From contig JAYTPA010000109.1 in the NCBI GenBank assembly GCA_043747495.1, positions 12,099-76,098 of the forward strand: a stretch of 64,000 nt of DNA, given 5' to 3'. The DNA comes from Bdellovibrio sp. (GTDB lineage Bacteria; Bdellovibrionota; Bdellovibrionia; Bdellovibrionales; Bdellovibrionaceae). The notes under the pieces were generated by a model. That model was not told the DNA's origin and ran no database searches. It saw only the letters and a program-made list of their open reading frames with translations. Shown in pieces: positions 1 through 10,644 of the stretch. Each line of letters begins with the position of its first letter. Position 1 is the stretch's first letter. Position numbers and translations under genes: made by a program.

Positions 1-135
1 CAACTTACGGGTATTCGCTTCGGGGGGAATATCCAAGGCCCACATTAAATATTAAAACAAAAAAGAAATTTTTTAAGTTTTGCGTCCCAAGGAGGTCAGA
101 CTTTATTCTAAGGTCTAATATTTGAATTAAATCTT

Positions 136-177
136 AAAATATAAAATCGGAAGAGGACTTAAAAACCTCTTCCGATT
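136..177 (-). terminator. Rho-independent terminator/attenuator after rplL
   Basis: 12-bp perfect stem AATCGGAAGAGG/CCTCTTCCGATT (145-156/166-177), followed on the minus strand by TTATATTTT, just past the rplL stop. Confidence 0.75.
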
Positions 178-194
178 CCAAACTAAAACAGAAA

Positions 195-563
195 TTACTT
201 GATAGTAACTTTTGCGCCAGCTGCTTCTAATTGTTTTTTCATTTTATCAGCATCTTCTTTAGTTGCGCCTTCTTTAACGGCTTTTCCGCCAGCTTCAACT
301 AAACCTTTTGCTTCAGCTAAACCTAAACCAGTGATCGCACGAACTTCTTTGATCACGTTGATTTTGTTAGGACCAGCTTCTACTAAGATAACGTCAAAAG
401 CTGTTTTTTCTTCAACAGCGGCACCAGCAGCGGCACCAGCCATCATCACAGGAGCAGCTGCAGAAACGCCCCATTTTTCTTCTAATTGTTTTACTAATTC
501 AGCGATTTCTAATACTGATTTCGCCGATAATTCTGTTACTAATTGATCATTTGTCATTGCCAT
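195..563 (-). CDS. rplL: 50S ribosomal protein L7/L12
   Basis: [11 protein letters not shown] hinge, [28 protein letters not shown]; follows rplJ. Confidence 0.99.
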   Translation of the reverse strand: MAMTNDQLVTELSAKSVLEIAELVKQLEEKWGVSAAAPVMMAGAAAGAAVEEKTAFDVILVEAGPNKINVIKEVRAITGLGLAEAKGLVEAGGKAVKEGATKEDADKMKKQLEAAGAKVTIK

Positions 564-600
564 TTTAATCTCCTTAAAAAAATTTATTTGCTCAAGCCAA

Positions 601-1128
601 TTAAGCTTGAGGAGCAGCAGCTTCTTCAGCAGCTGGTGTTGCGTCGTTTTTCGTAGCGTATGTATTTAACACGCGAGCAAGTCTTGCTCCTGGCTCTTTC
701 ATTAACATTAATAATTGAGCACGTAATTGATCTTTACCAGGTAATGTCGCTAGGAACTTGATTTTGGTTTGATCAAGAGCTTCGCCATCCATCATGCCTG
801 ATTTGATTTTAAGAGCTTCAACGTCTTTACCGAATTCAGCTAAAGTTTTTGCTACACCAATAACTTCGTTAAATGCAAAAACGATCGCATTTGTACCAGT
901 TAATTGATCAGCTAAAGCTTTTTCTGCAACCGGGTGACCTTTGAACGCGCGCTTCGCTAATGTATTACGGACGACTTTCATCTCAGACTCAGCAGCGTGT
1001 AGCTTCTTACGTAAAGACGTAACTTGCTCCACTTTCATGCCCTTAAAGTCTACGATGAAGGCTCCTTTAGCTTGCGACATTTTTTCAGAGATCAATTTGA
1101 TATCTGTTTCTTTATCTGCTCTTAGCAT
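601..1128 (-). CDS. rplJ: 50S ribosomal protein L10
   Basis: [38 protein letters not shown]; synteny. Confidence 0.98.
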   Translation of the reverse strand: MLRADKETDIKLISEKMSQAKGAFIVDFKGMKVEQVTSLRKKLHAAESEMKVVRNTLAKRAFKGHPVAEKALADQLTGTNAIVFAFNEVIGVAKTLAEFGKDVEALKIKSGMMDGEALDQTKIKFLATLPGKDQLRAQLLMLMKEPGARLARVLNTYATKNDATPAAEEAAAPQA

Positions 1129-1169
1129 TAAGAATCCCCTTTCGTTTGTCTTTAGGCATCAGTTTCGGA

Positions 1170-1296
1170 TTGATCTACTTGAGGGTCGTTATTTTTTAGA
1201 ATAACAACCTTGAGATTACCCGTCTCGGTCGACTGCTTTTTTAAACTTTTAAAAAAGCAATTAAGTTCACATTTGAACATCGACTGTCTCTGACGC
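1170..1296 (-). promoter_or_regulatory. L10 leader (ribosomal protein autoregulatory RNA)
   Basis: Minus strand reads GAGACAGTCGA..(hairpin)..TTAA..(hairpin)..TCGACCGAGA, matching the L10-leader layout; lies in the rplA-rplJ intergenic region. Confidence 0.8.
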
Positions 1297-1343
1297 GATT
1301 TATATGACCATGACAAGGACTATCCTTATCATGGATTAAAAAA

Positions 1344-2045
1344 CTATTCTTCAGAACCTGCCATTGCTTCATTTGCATCTAAACGGATACTTGGACCCAT
1401 TGTTGAAGACACAAACATAGAACGTAAGTAGATACCTTTAGATGTTGCTGGTTTTGCTTTCACAACAGCAGCCATAAAAATATCGAAGTTTTCTTTTAGC
1501 TTTTGCGGTCCCATTGATTTACGACCGATAGAAGCATGAATAATACCTGCTTTATCAACGCGGAAATCTAATTTACCTTTTTTCTCAGCCTTAACAGCTT
1601 CGCCAACATTCATTGTGACTGTTCCGACTTTAGGATTTGGCATTAAACCACGAGGTCCAAGAACTTTAGCAACTTTTGATACAGTCGCCATCATGTCCGG
1701 AGACGCAATACATTTATCGAAATCTAACCAACCACCATTGATTTTTTCAACTAGATCGTCAGCTCCAACAAAGTCAGCACCGGCAGCTTTTGCTTCATTT
1801 TCTTTCGGACCTTTAGCAAAAACAACTACGCGTACATTTTTACCAAGACCGTTAGGCAACGCAATTGCGCCACGAACCTGTTGATCTGATTGTTTTGGAT
1901 CGATACCTAAGCGTACTGCTACGTCGATTGATTCATCGAATTTAGCTGGAGCCACTTCAGTGATTAAGTTAATTCCGTCTTGGAATGAATATTTTTTTGT
2001 GCTGTCTACTTTTTTTGAAGAGGCAGCGTATTTTTTTCCTGTCAT
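1344..2045 (-). CDS. rplA: 50S ribosomal protein L1
   Basis: KFDESIDVAVRLGIDP, LGPRGLMPNPKVGTVT, SSTMGP. Confidence 0.99.
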   Translation of the reverse strand: MTGKKYAASSKKVDSTKKYSFQDGINLITEVAPAKFDESIDVAVRLGIDPKQSDQQVRGAIALPNGLGKNVRVVVFAKGPKENEAKAAGADFVGADDLVEKINGGWLDFDKCIASPDMMATVSKVAKVLGPRGLMPNPKVGTVTMNVGEAVKAEKKGKLDFRVDKAGIIHASIGRKSMGPQKLKENFDIFMAAVVKAKPATSKGIYLRSMFVSSTMGPSIRLDANEAMAGSEE

Positions 2046-2054
2046 ACTTCCTAC

Positions 2055-2480
2055 CTATTCCTGTACTTCTATGCCCATGCTCTTCGCTGTACCTGCGACT
2101 TGAGACATAGCTGATTCAACTTTTACACAGTTTAAATCAGGCAACTTTGTAGTTGCGATTGTTCTGATTTGGTCAGCTTTAATTTTGCCAACTTTATCTT
2201 TTTGAGGCTGTTTTGAACCAGACTCTAGTTTTAATGCTTTTTTGATCAATGAAGATACCGGAGGCGTCTTTGTGATGAAAGTAAACGATCGATCTTGATA
2301 AACAGTAATGATGATAGGAACTATACTATCACCTAGCGGCTGAGTGCGCGCGTTAAACTGTTTACAAAATTCCATGATGTTTACCCCATGTTGTCCAAGC
2401 GCCGGTCCAACGGGAGGAGCTGGATTAGCTTTCCCTGCCGGTATTTGCAATTTGATCATACCTGTAACTTTTTTTGCCAT
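2055..2480 (-). CDS. rplK: 50S ribosomal protein L11
   Basis: [37 protein letters not shown]. Confidence 0.99.
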   Translation of the reverse strand: MAKKVTGMIKLQIPAGKANPAPPVGPALGQHGVNIMEFCKQFNARTQPLGDSIVPIIITVYQDRSFTFITKTPPVSSLIKKALKLESGSKQPQKDKVGKIKADQIRTIATTKLPDLNCVKVESAMSQVAGTAKSMGIEVQE

Positions 2481-2548
2481 AAGATCCCACTTTGCAAGGG
2501 TTAATAATCACAAATCTTCCCAATGAAGATTTGAATTTAAAAAATAAT

Positions 2549-3124
2549 CTAGCTTCCTTTTTCAACTTGAACAAAATCAAGCTCAACAGGAGTTGGTCGA
2601 CCAAAGATCGACACAAGAACTTTAACTTTAGCTTTGTCTTCATTAATTTCTTCAACTGTTCCGTTGAAGTTATTAAACGGACCATCGACAACAGTGACTT
2701 GGTCACCAATCGAATAATTCGCTTTAGCTTTTGGTTTTTCACCAAGACCAGCCATTTGCTGAGTCACGCGCATAACTTCGTGTTCTGGGACTTCAGGTGG
2801 TTTTGTTTTAGCACCACCAACGAATCCAGATACTTTTGAAGAGTTTTTAACTAAATGCCATGACTGATCACTTAAAATCATTTGAACGAAAATATAACCT
2901 GGAAAGAACTTACGAGATTTTGTCGTTTTTTGACCCTTAACTAATTCAACAACATTTTCAGCTGGAATCAGAATTTCACCAAACATATTTTCCATTTTAT
3001 TTTTTTTGATTCGTTCTTCGATAGCCGATTTAGCTGTGTTTTCACAGCCTGACTGAACATTAATAATGTACCACTTTTTTTCTTGTGGTTTTGCAGCGCT
3101 TGATTGGTTTGATTGATTGTCCAA
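2549..3124 (-). CDS. nusG: Transcription termination/antitermination factor NusG
   Basis: [18 protein letters not shown] motif [25 protein letters not shown]; TTG start. Confidence 0.99.
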   Translation of the reverse strand: MDNQSNQSSAAKPQEKKWYIINVQSGCENTAKSAIEERIKKNKMENMFGEILIPAENVVELVKGQKTTKSRKFFPGYIFVQMILSDQSWHLVKNSSKVSGFVGGAKTKPPEVPEHEVMRVTQQMAGLGEKPKAKANYSIGDQVTVVDGPFNNFNGTVEEINEDKAKVKVLVSIFGRPTPVELDFVQVEKGS

Positions 3125-3135
3125 TTGTCAGCCCC

Positions 3136-3513
3136 TTACTTAATAAGTTGATTTAAAACGAAACCTGAAAAAATATCAAAAACACTAATAATGACTGAAG
3201 AAATAAAAACCATGATTATCACAACGATAGTCATTGCTCGTGTGTCTTTAACTGGTGGCCAAACAATTTTTTTAACTTCAGCGATGACTTCATCAGACCA
3301 AGTTAAAATGTTTTTATTGAACTGAAGATATAAAAATATACTGAGTGCGACAGCGACCGGCAGACCATGTTTAAATAAATCATTATCTGATAATTTTGCG
3401 ATGATTCCAAAAGCACCTGACAATGCTTTCAATAAAACTGAAAGCGAAAAACCAATCAAAACTGAAAGCGAAACAAAGCAAAGTGTTATTATTTTTGAAT
3501 TTGTTTTATCCAT
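3136..3513 (-). CDS. secE: Preprotein translocase subunit SecE (three-TM type)
   Basis: EVKKIVWPP motif before the C-terminal TM helix; between tRNA-Trp and nusG. Confidence 0.95.
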   Translation of the reverse strand: MDKTNSKIITLCFVSLSVLIGFSLSVLLKALSGAFGIIAKLSDNDLFKHGLPVAVALSIFLYLQFNKNILTWSDEVIAEVKKIVWPPVKDTRAMTIVVIIMVFISSVIISVFDIFSGFVLNQLIK

Positions 3514-3609
3514 AAATACCCCTAATGTTAACTCAACAAATTTTATTTACTTATAACCACGTCAAACTAAATAAAATTACAAAATCTGCAAACAAAACGT
3601 AATCTATAT

Positions 3610-3685
3610 TGGCAGGGCAGGAGGGATTCGAACCCACGACCTAGCGATTTGGAGTCGCTCGCTCTACCGCTGGAGCTACTACCCT
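3610..3685 (-). tRNA. tRNA-Trp (CCA)
   Basis: Cloverleaf AGGGTAG..., anticodon loop CTCCAAA, TTCGAAT T-loop, encoded CCA end; 76 nt. Confidence 0.98.
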
Positions 3686-3733
3686 ATAGACGTTTTATAT
3701 ACGCACAAGACGCAAAATATAACCCCAAAACGA

Positions 3734-3765
3734 CAAAGGGGACAACTAAATAGTTGTCCCCTTTG
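3734..3765. terminator. Strong hairpin after tuf (terminator-like)
   Basis: Perfect 15-bp inverted repeat CAAAGGGGACAACTA/TAGTTGTCCCCTTTG; U-tract on the minus strand is weak. Confidence 0.65.
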
Positions 3766-3814
3766 AGTTTTTTAATAGTGCTTATAAATTGTGCTTAATC
3801 GTTAAACTTGACGT

Positions 3815-5005
3815 TTACTCTACGATTTCAACAACAACACCAGCTCCTACAGTACGACCACCCTCACGGATAGCGAAACGTAGAGACTGTTCCATAGCGA
3901 TAGGTGTGATTAACTCAACGTTAATTTCAACTTTATCACCAGGCATAACCATTTCAGTACCAGCTTTAAGAGTTACAACACCTGTAACATCCGTTGTTCT
4001 GAAGTAAAATTGCGGTCTGTAATTAGTAAAGAATGGAGTATGACGTCCGCCCTCTTCCTTAGTCAGGATGTAAGCTTCTGCTTTGAATTTTTTATGTGGT
4101 TTAACTGAACCTGGTTTAGCTAAAACTTGACCACGTTCAACTTCTTCTTTTTTAGTACCACGTAAAAGAACACCGCAGTTATCTCCAGCGCGACCTTCAT
4201 CTAACAATTTACGGAACATTTCGATTCCAGTAACTGTTGTTTTTTGAGTTGGTCTGATACCGATGATTTCGATCTCGTCATTTACTTTAACGATACCACG
4301 CTCAACACGTCCTGTAACAACTGTTCCACGACCAGAGATTGAGAACACGTCCTCAACTGGCATTAAGAAAGTTTTTTCGATAGCGCGAACTGGTTCAGGA
4401 ATGCTTTTATCACAAGCTTCCATTAATTTCATGATCGATGGACGACCTAATTCAGAAGTATTACCTTCTAAACCAAGTTTCGCAGAACCTTGAACTATTG
4501 GAATTGTGTCACCTGGGAATTCATATTTAGATAATAATTCACGGATTTCCATCTCAACAAGCTCAAGTAAATCTTTGTCATCAACCATGTCACATTTATT
4601 CATAAATACAACTAGAGCTGGAACACCAACTTGACGAGCAAGTAGGATATGTTCACGAGTTTGTGGCATAGGACCGTCAGCAGCAGAAACAACTAGAATT
4701 GCTCCATCCATTTGAGCGGCACCAGTGATCATGTTTTTAACGTAATCGGCATGGCCTGGACAATCAACGTGAGCGTAGTGACGGTTGTCAGTTTCGTACT
4801 CAACGTGTGTCGTAGAAATAGTGATACCACGCGCTTTCTCTTCTGGTGACTTATCGATTTGATCGTAAGCCATAGCTTGTGCTTTACCCAGTGTAGCAAG
4901 AGTAGTCGTGATAGCAGCAGTTAGTGTTGTTTTACCATGATCGACGTGACCAATAGTACCGATGTTAACATGCGGTTTCGAACGGTTAAATTTCTCTTTA
5001 GACAT
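3815..5005 (-). CDS. tuf: Elongation factor Tu
   Basis: [44 protein letters not shown]. Confidence 0.99.
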   Translation of the reverse strand: MSKEKFNRSKPHVNIGTIGHVDHGKTTLTAAITTTLATLGKAQAMAYDQIDKSPEEKARGITISTTHVEYETDNRHYAHVDCPGHADYVKNMITGAAQMDGAILVVSAADGPMPQTREHILLARQVGVPALVVFMNKCDMVDDKDLLELVEMEIRELLSKYEFPGDTIPIVQGSAKLGLEGNTSELGRPSIMKLMEACDKSIPEPVRAIEKTFLMPVEDVFSISGRGTVVTGRVERGIVKVNDEIEIIGIRPTQKTTVTGIEMFRKLLDEGRAGDNCGVLLRGTKKEEVERGQVLAKPGSVKPHKKFKAEAYILTKEEGGRHTPFFTNYRPQFYFRTTDVTGVVTLKAGTEMVMPGDKVEINVELITPIAMEQSLRFAIREGGRTVGAGVVVEIVE

Positions 5006-5118
5006 AATTTCCTCCTGCAGAGAATGATTGTTATTTTTTTAGCAAACACTTACAACATAAATCTTTAAACACAAAACTATGTACCATAAAAGGTACTCGT
5101 TCTGTTTCATAACCAGCG

Positions 5119-5193
5119 TGGAGCCCGTGATCGGAGCCGAACCGACGACCTCACCCTTACCAAGGGTGTGCTCTACCACTGAGCTACACGGGC
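5119..5193 (-). tRNA. tRNA-Thr (GGT)
   Basis: Cloverleaf GCCCGTG..., anticodon loop TTGGTAA, CCA end; T-loop is TTCGGCT. Confidence 0.96.
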
Positions 5194-5253
5194 CAATTTT
5201 CACTTCATTTTATTTTTAAGATAAAAATCCGCTTCTATAGAACCCTCAAAATT

Positions 5254-5330
5254 TGGAGCGGGAGACGAGTCTCGAACTCGCAACCCCCTGCTTGGAAGGC
5301 AGGTACTCTAGCCAATTGAGCTACTCCCGC
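5254..5330 (-). tRNA. tRNA-Gly (TCC)
   Basis: GCGGGAG acceptor, anticodon loop CTTCCAA, CCA end. Confidence 0.98.
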
Positions 5331-5352
5331 CAAACTCTTGCGACTTGTAAAA

Positions 5353-5438
5353 TGGTGGACAGGGAAGGATTCGAACCTTCGAAGACCGAAGCCAGCAGAT
5401 TTACAGTCTGCCCCCTTTAGCCACTCGGGCACCTGTCC
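5353..5438 (-). tRNA. tRNA-Tyr (GTA)
   Basis: Anticodon loop CTGTAAA, long variable arm, CCA end; 86 nt. Confidence 0.98.
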
Positions 5439-5495
5439 ATACTGTGCAGTCGCAAAAAAAGGGCCGACCACAACACTTTAAAACTCGCAAAAATT

Positions 5496-5571
5496 TGGAG
5501 CTGGCAATGGGACTCGAACCCGCAACCTGCTGATTACAAATCAGCTGCTCTACCAATTGAGCTATGCCAGC
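5496..5571 (-). tRNA. tRNA-Thr (TGT)
   Basis: Anticodon loop TTTGTAA, CCA end; the order Thr-Tyr-Gly-Thr-tuf is the canonical tufB operon. Confidence 0.98.
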
Positions 5572-5761
5572 ATAGCCTAAAAAAAGAGGCTATTTATTGT
5601 AAGTATTTAACAAAAATAAATAGCCACAAATTTTAGTAACTTGAAATTTCTACTGGATTGTTGAAGTCAGGTCAAACTCATTTTTTATTCGCAGCAGAAA
5701 ATGCTTTGACCTTGCTTAGATAGTGAACACGAAGGCTCGTAATTCACGATGGACTGATAGT

Positions 5762-6682
5762 TTACTGACCTTTTGATGGTCGTTTAGACAAACCTTTACT
5801 CATCCACTGCCGTTTAGTTTCAGACAAAGCCATACCCGTCGCTACTGAAACGTTGTAACTGGCATCAGGACTTAGCTGCGGAATACAAACTAGCTCATCA
5901 CAAACTCTTTCCGTAGGAACACGAAGACCTTTATCTTCTGCGCCTAAAACCCAAATCACTTTCTCTGGATAATCGATTTCGTAAATTGTTTTTTTAGCTT
6001 TATGTGATAATCCGTAAACCCAAAAGCCGGCTTCTTTTAATTTTTCAAATGGTTCGCTAAAATTATTTATTCTTGCAACAGGAACATGTTCCACACCGCC
6101 ACAGGCAACTTTGTGCACTGTTGCTGTTAATCCCACAGCGCGGTCTTGAGGAATAATTAAACCTTTCACATTCATCAACCAACTTGTTCGCAAGATGGCT
6201 CCTAAATTATGAGGATCTTCCACACCATCAAGGGCCACAACTAAACTTTGCTCGTCCCATCCTGCAGTGGTGTAATCAAATGACGGATTAAAATCAGAAA
6301 ATAAAACTAAACCTTGGTGCGAGGGACAAATTTTAAATAAATCGTTTTCTGCTCGCTCTTCAAATTGAACATTTTGATCTTTTAATAATTTTAAAATTTC
6401 TTGAACATCCGGATGGGCCACAGTGCCCTTTTGAATTAAAGCAAACTTAATTGATTCACCATGAATTTTTAATGCTTCTTTAACAGCGTGTGAACCGGTA
6501 ATTTGTCGCCATGATTTTTGAATTCCTGAGATTGAACTTGAAGCTGAACTTCTAGGGGCATGATTTTGTGGCTGCGCATGACGAACCGGCGAACCGCGCT
6601 GAGGCTTACCAGCAGGCTTTGAAAAACTTTTTGTATGAGATGATTTTTTATTTGCTAAATTTTTAAAGCTATTTTTTTTCAT
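5762..6682 (-). CDS. rlmB: 23S rRNA Gm2251 methyltransferase (SpoU/TrmH family) with basic N-terminal extension
   Basis: HQGLV, LDGVEDPHNLGAILRT, VLGAEDKGL, SYNVSVATG. Confidence 0.88.
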   Translation of the reverse strand: MKKNSFKNLANKKSSHTKSFSKPAGKPQRGSPVRHAQPQNHAPRSSASSSISGIQKSWRQITGSHAVKEALKIHGESIKFALIQKGTVAHPDVQEILKLLKDQNVQFEERAENDLFKICPSHQGLVLFSDFNPSFDYTTAGWDEQSLVVALDGVEDPHNLGAILRTSWLMNVKGLIIPQDRAVGLTATVHKVACGGVEHVPVARINNFSEPFEKLKEAGFWVYGLSHKAKKTIYEIDYPEKVIWVLGAEDKGLRVPTERVCDELVCIPQLSPDASYNVSVATGMALSETKRQWMSKGLSKRPSKGQ

Positions 6683-6695
6683 AAAACCTACTTTT

Positions 6696-7388
6696 TTAAT
6701 TAAGAATATCTTGAATATCTTTTTCTGGATTTATTGATTCCAACAAGGCTCGGCCAATAACCAATGCCTGCGCACCAGAAGTTAAAGCCTCTTTTGGGTT
6801 CATCACCCGTTTTTGATCATGATTTGAATCAACACTAGAAGTAAATCGAATCCCTGGTACAACTTTATAAAGATTTTTATCTTTTAATAGGGTTAATTCA
6901 TGACCAGAACAAACAATTCCATTCAGACCAGATTCAACAACTAAATTGGCCAAAGCAACAACGTGATCTCGAACTGGCAATGTTTTAAATGATGGTGGAA
7001 ATGATTTTTCATCCCAGCTTGTCAAAACAGTCACAGCTAAAATTTTAAAAGGTCTAATTTGATTTAATTTTTTTTCAAGATCTGATAATTGTTTTAAAGC
7101 TTCAGATCCTGATAGCGCATGCACAGTTACTAAAGTGGCCCCAGAATCAAAGCTGGCTCGAACTGCCGCTACCATAGTTGATGGAATATCAAAATATTTA
7201 TTATCCACAAACACAGGGCAGATTTTTGCGCACTGGCTTACAAATTCAGAGCCATAACGGTAAACTAATCTTGGACCAAGCTTTACTGCACCAACTAAAT
7301 GACCTAGTTTTTGGAGATGATCAAAAGCTGTCTTTTGATCATCGACATCTAAGGCCAAAATAATGGGGTTTCTAAGACTTATATTCAC
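6696..7388 (-). CDS. pyrF: Orotidine-5'-phosphate decarboxylase
   Basis: IILALD, DNKYFDIPST, AVTVLTS, PGIR, DQKRV, VIGR. Confidence 0.97.
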   Translation of the reverse strand: MNISLRNPIILALDVDDQKTAFDHLQKLGHLVGAVKLGPRLVYRYGSEFVSQCAKICPVFVDNKYFDIPSTMVAAVRASFDSGATLVTVHALSGSEALKQLSDLEKKLNQIRPFKILAVTVLTSWDEKSFPPSFKTLPVRDHVVALANLVVESGLNGIVCSGHELTLLKDKNLYKVVPGIRFTSSVDSNHDQKRVMNPKEALTSGAQALVIGRALLESINPEKDIQDILN

Positions 7389-9202
7389 TGCGCTTGACGT
7401 CTTTCAATCATTTTCTTTACCGTTTTTAAAACATCATCAGGTGCGACTTTAATTTGTTCTTTCGTTTTACGATCAACAACTTCTAATGTTGCACTTTCAT
7501 AACCTTTTTTACCGACAACAACACGCACAGGCATTCCTAAAAGATCTGCATCTTTAAATTTAACCCCAGGGCGTTCATCACGATCATCGACAAAAACTTC
7601 AATATTTTTAGCCGTTAAATCTTCAACTAATTTTTGAACAAACTGATTACAGTTCGCATCTTTGATATCTAAGTGACAAATATGCACATGAAACGGAGCG
7701 ATCTCCATAGGCCAAATTATTCCATCTTGATCATGGCTTTGTTCGATAGCTGCTTGCACAGTTCGCGTAACACCGATTCCATAACAACCCATTTCATAGA
7801 ACTGTGTACGACCATTTTTATCAAGATACTGCCCGTTCATTTTCTGAGCGTATTTTTGACCTAAATAAAACACATGACCAACTTCGATACCGCGGTATGC
7901 GACAAGCCTGCCATTCGAATCAGGACATTTATCGCCGGCTTTAGCCATACGCATATCAGCCCATTTTGTGACTTTGAAATCTCGCTCAAAATTCACATTT
8001 TTTAAATGAAAATCATCTTGATTCGCACCCACAATAAAATTCTTAAGATGTTTGACACCCGTATCTGCATAAATCGGAATTTCTAATCCCACTGGACCGC
8101 ATGACCCTGGATGAGCCCCTGTGATTTGAAAAACCTCTTCATCAGTTAGCATCAAAGGAGGATTTGTCATGCCTAAGCTATTTTTAACTTTGATTGGGTT
8201 AACTTCATCACTACCGCGTAAAAGAACTGCAAAAGGTTTTAGTCTTTCATTCAGCGTTTTACCTGTACGTAATTTAGTTGCTCCTTCTGCAGTGTCTTCC
8301 TGTGCCGAAAAATAAAGTGTTTTGACTAGATTATTCGCGGCAACACCTGTGAATTTAGAAAGATCATCAATCGTTTTTTGATTTGGTGTTGCAAATTTTT
8401 CTGCTGGTAATAATTCATTATTGTTTGCCACTGGTATTTCAAAATCAATGGCTGGGCAAACTTCAATATTTGCTGCAAAAGATGTTGTGTCACTGACAAG
8501 TAATGAATCCTCGCCCGCATCAGCTAATAGTTGAAATTCATGGGTTTGACTGCCACCAATGTTGCCGGCATCAGCTTGAACAATACGGTATTGCAATTTT
8601 AATCGATCAAAAATACTTTGATAAGCTTTGTACATATCATCATAAGCTTTTAAAGCCGACGCTTGATCCACATCAAAACTGTAAGCATCTTTCATTACGA
8701 ATTCACGGCCGCGCATTAGACCAAAACGAGGTCTGATTTCATCACGGTATTTTGTTTGAATTTGATAAATATTTCTTGGAAAATCACGGTACGATTTTAA
8801 ATCGTGTCTGACATAATCAACAACAGCTTCTTCGTGGGTAGCGCCCAAACAAAAATCGTGATTGTTTCTGTTTTTAAACTTAAGAAGCCCTGCTCCCATT
8901 TCAGACCAACGATTAGTTTCTTCCCATAATTCGCGGGGATGAACCATCGGCATCAAAATTTCAATAGCGCCGGCTTTGTGTAATTCTTCACGAATTATAT
9001 TTTCAAATTTACGAATCGCACGTAAACCTAAATTTCCGTACGTATAAATACCGGGCGCTAATTTTTTCATGAAGCCACTGCGGATCATCAATTTATGTGA
9101 TGGAATTTCTGCATCAGATGGGGCTTCTTTTAAAGTAAATAGATGGGTCTTTGACCAATTTAAAGCTTTAGAGCTCGTGATTAAACTTGTTGTTAGATTC
9201 AT
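7385..9202 (-). CDS. proS: Proline--tRNA ligase (with editing insertion)
   Basis: SHKLMIRSG, LGATHEE, RDEIRPRFGLMRGREFVMKDAYSF, MGCYGIGVTR, DDRDERPGVKFKDADLLG. Confidence 0.99.
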   Translation of the reverse strand: MNLTTSLITSSKALNWSKTHLFTLKEAPSDAEIPSHKLMIRSGFMKKLAPGIYTYGNLGLRAIRKFENIIREELHKAGAIEILMPMVHPRELWEETNRWSEMGAGLLKFKNRNNHDFCLGATHEEAVVDYVRHDLKSYRDFPRNIYQIQTKYRDEIRPRFGLMRGREFVMKDAYSFDVDQASALKAYDDMYKAYQSIFDRLKLQYRIVQADAGNIGGSQTHEFQLLADAGEDSLLVSDTTSFAANIEVCPAIDFEIPVANNNELLPAEKFATPNQKTIDDLSKFTGVAANNLVKTLYFSAQEDTAEGATKLRTGKTLNERLKPFAVLLRGSDEVNPIKVKNSLGMTNPPLMLTDEEVFQITGAHPGSCGPVGLEIPIYADTGVKHLKNFIVGANQDDFHLKNVNFERDFKVTKWADMRMAKAGDKCPDSNGRLVAYRGIEVGHVFYLGQKYAQKMNGQYLDKNGRTQFYEMGCYGIGVTRTVQAAIEQSHDQDGIIWPMEIAPFHVHICHLDIKDANCNQFVQKLVEDLTAKNIEVFVDDRDERPGVKFKDADLLGMPVRVVVGKKGYESATLEVVDRKTKEQIKVAPDDVLKTVKKMIERRQAQ

Positions 9203-10590
9203 ATATTGACCTCGATACCATAAGCTTTAATTTTACGATGCAAATAACTGCGTTCTAAACCAATGGCTTCAGCTGTTTTAGAAATGTTACCGCCGTTTTC
9301 CTGAATTTTTTTAAGTATGTATTCTTTTTCGAATTCAGCACGAGCATCTCTGAATGTTGAAATTTCAGAATGACTGGATGCTGGGCCATCTTTTTTATCA
9401 ACAAGACCAGCAAATTTTAAATCATGCACATCCACGTAGTCAGACGGTGTTAATATGTAAACCCGCTCGATAAAGTTTTTTAATTCGCGAATATTTCCTG
9501 GCCATGAATGTTTCAACAATAATTTAATACCTTGTTCTGATATGGTTTTACGAAATGAGGCCATTTGCTTGGCTACAAGATCACTGAAATGAAAAATTAA
9601 TGATTGAATATCATCAGGGCGGTTTCTTAACGGTTCGATGTGAATTTCGTTGTGCCCGATAATTTCAAATAAATGCTGAGATAGATTTTTTTGGGACTTC
9701 AGCTGAGTTAAAGCCACTGAAGCTGTCAGGATGACTCGAACTTCTGATGTCAGTTTATCCGAAGCACCGACCCGGGAAAACTGTCCCGTTTTCATAAACT
9801 GTGCTAGTTTAATTTGTAAAGCTTCAGGCATTTCTTCAATTTGTTCGATAATTAAAGTTCCGCCTTCGATCAGTTCAACTTTGCCTTTTCTTGTTTTTGT
9901 AATTCCTGGCAAAGCGTCTTTTTCGATGCCGAATAATTCAATTTCAATGAGATCATGCGGCAGCGTTGAACAGTTCATTTCAAGCAAAGGCCTGCTGGCG
10001 CGCGTGCTCATGTAATGAATGTTTTGGGCTACAAGTTCGCGACCTGATCCTGTTTCACCAGTGATCATGTAGACATTCGGAATTTTTGCAGCTGCTGTGA
10101 TCTGTTCACGCACTTTTTGTAAAGACTTCGATTCACCAACTAAAGCGATACTTTTACGAAGCTTATTTAATAAAGCCTGCTTTTCTTCTTTTTCCGAACG
10201 AAATTGCAAAACGTGCTCAATGACTAAATTGACTTTGTCTAAGGACAACGGTTTTTCGATAAAATCCCATGCGCCCATTTTTGTAGATTTAACAGCTGTT
10301 TCGATTGTTCCATGACCAGATATCATAATGAAATTTGTATCTTGAAATAGCGGTGCTGCTTGCTTTAAAACATCTAATCCGTCGATTCCTGGCATCCAGA
10401 TATCTAGAAAGCACACGTGTGGCTGAAACTGTTTTAAAGCCATAAGACCCGTTGGACCGTCCTGCGCAGTTAAAACATCGTAACCTTCATCTTTTAAACT
10501 TTCAGATAAAACCTGGCGGATCGGAGCCTCATCATCGATAATTAAAATACGTGTTTTTAACTTCACATTATGCAGACTTGTTGAATTCAT
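9199..10590 (-). CDS. ntrX: NtrX-like response regulator (REC-AAA+-Fis HTH)
   Basis: REC (IIDDE, LDIWMPG, SGHG, KP), WPGNIRELKN, GLERSYLHRKIK; downstream of an NtrY-like kinase. Confidence 0.85.
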   Translation of the reverse strand: MNSTSLHNVKLKTRILIIDDEAPIRQVLSESLKDEGYDVLTAQDGPTGLMALKQFQPHVCFLDIWMPGIDGLDVLKQAAPLFQDTNFIMISGHGTIETAVKSTKMGAWDFIEKPLSLDKVNLVIEHVLQFRSEKEEKQALLNKLRKSIALVGESKSLQKVREQITAAAKIPNVYMITGETGSGRELVAQNIHYMSTRASRPLLEMNCSTLPHDLIEIELFGIEKDALPGITKTRKGKVELIEGGTLIIEQIEEMPEALQIKLAQFMKTGQFSRVGASDKLTSEVRVILTASVALTQLKSQKNLSQHLFEIIGHNEIHIEPLRNRPDDIQSLIFHFSDLVAKQMASFRKTISEQGIKLLLKHSWPGNIRELKNFIERVYILTPSDYVDVHDLKFAGLVDKKDGPASSHSEISTFRDARAEFEKEYILKKIQENGGNISKTAEAIGLERSYLHRKIKAYGIEVNI

Positions 10591-10644
10591 GATCGAAACT
10601 CCGTTTTTTTAGCGCTGAAACCAATATAGAAACTAATACAAATA

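Noticed and set aside
5235-5471. 78-aa ORF on the minus strand
   Set aside because: Overlaps tRNA-Gly and tRNA-Tyr; spurious
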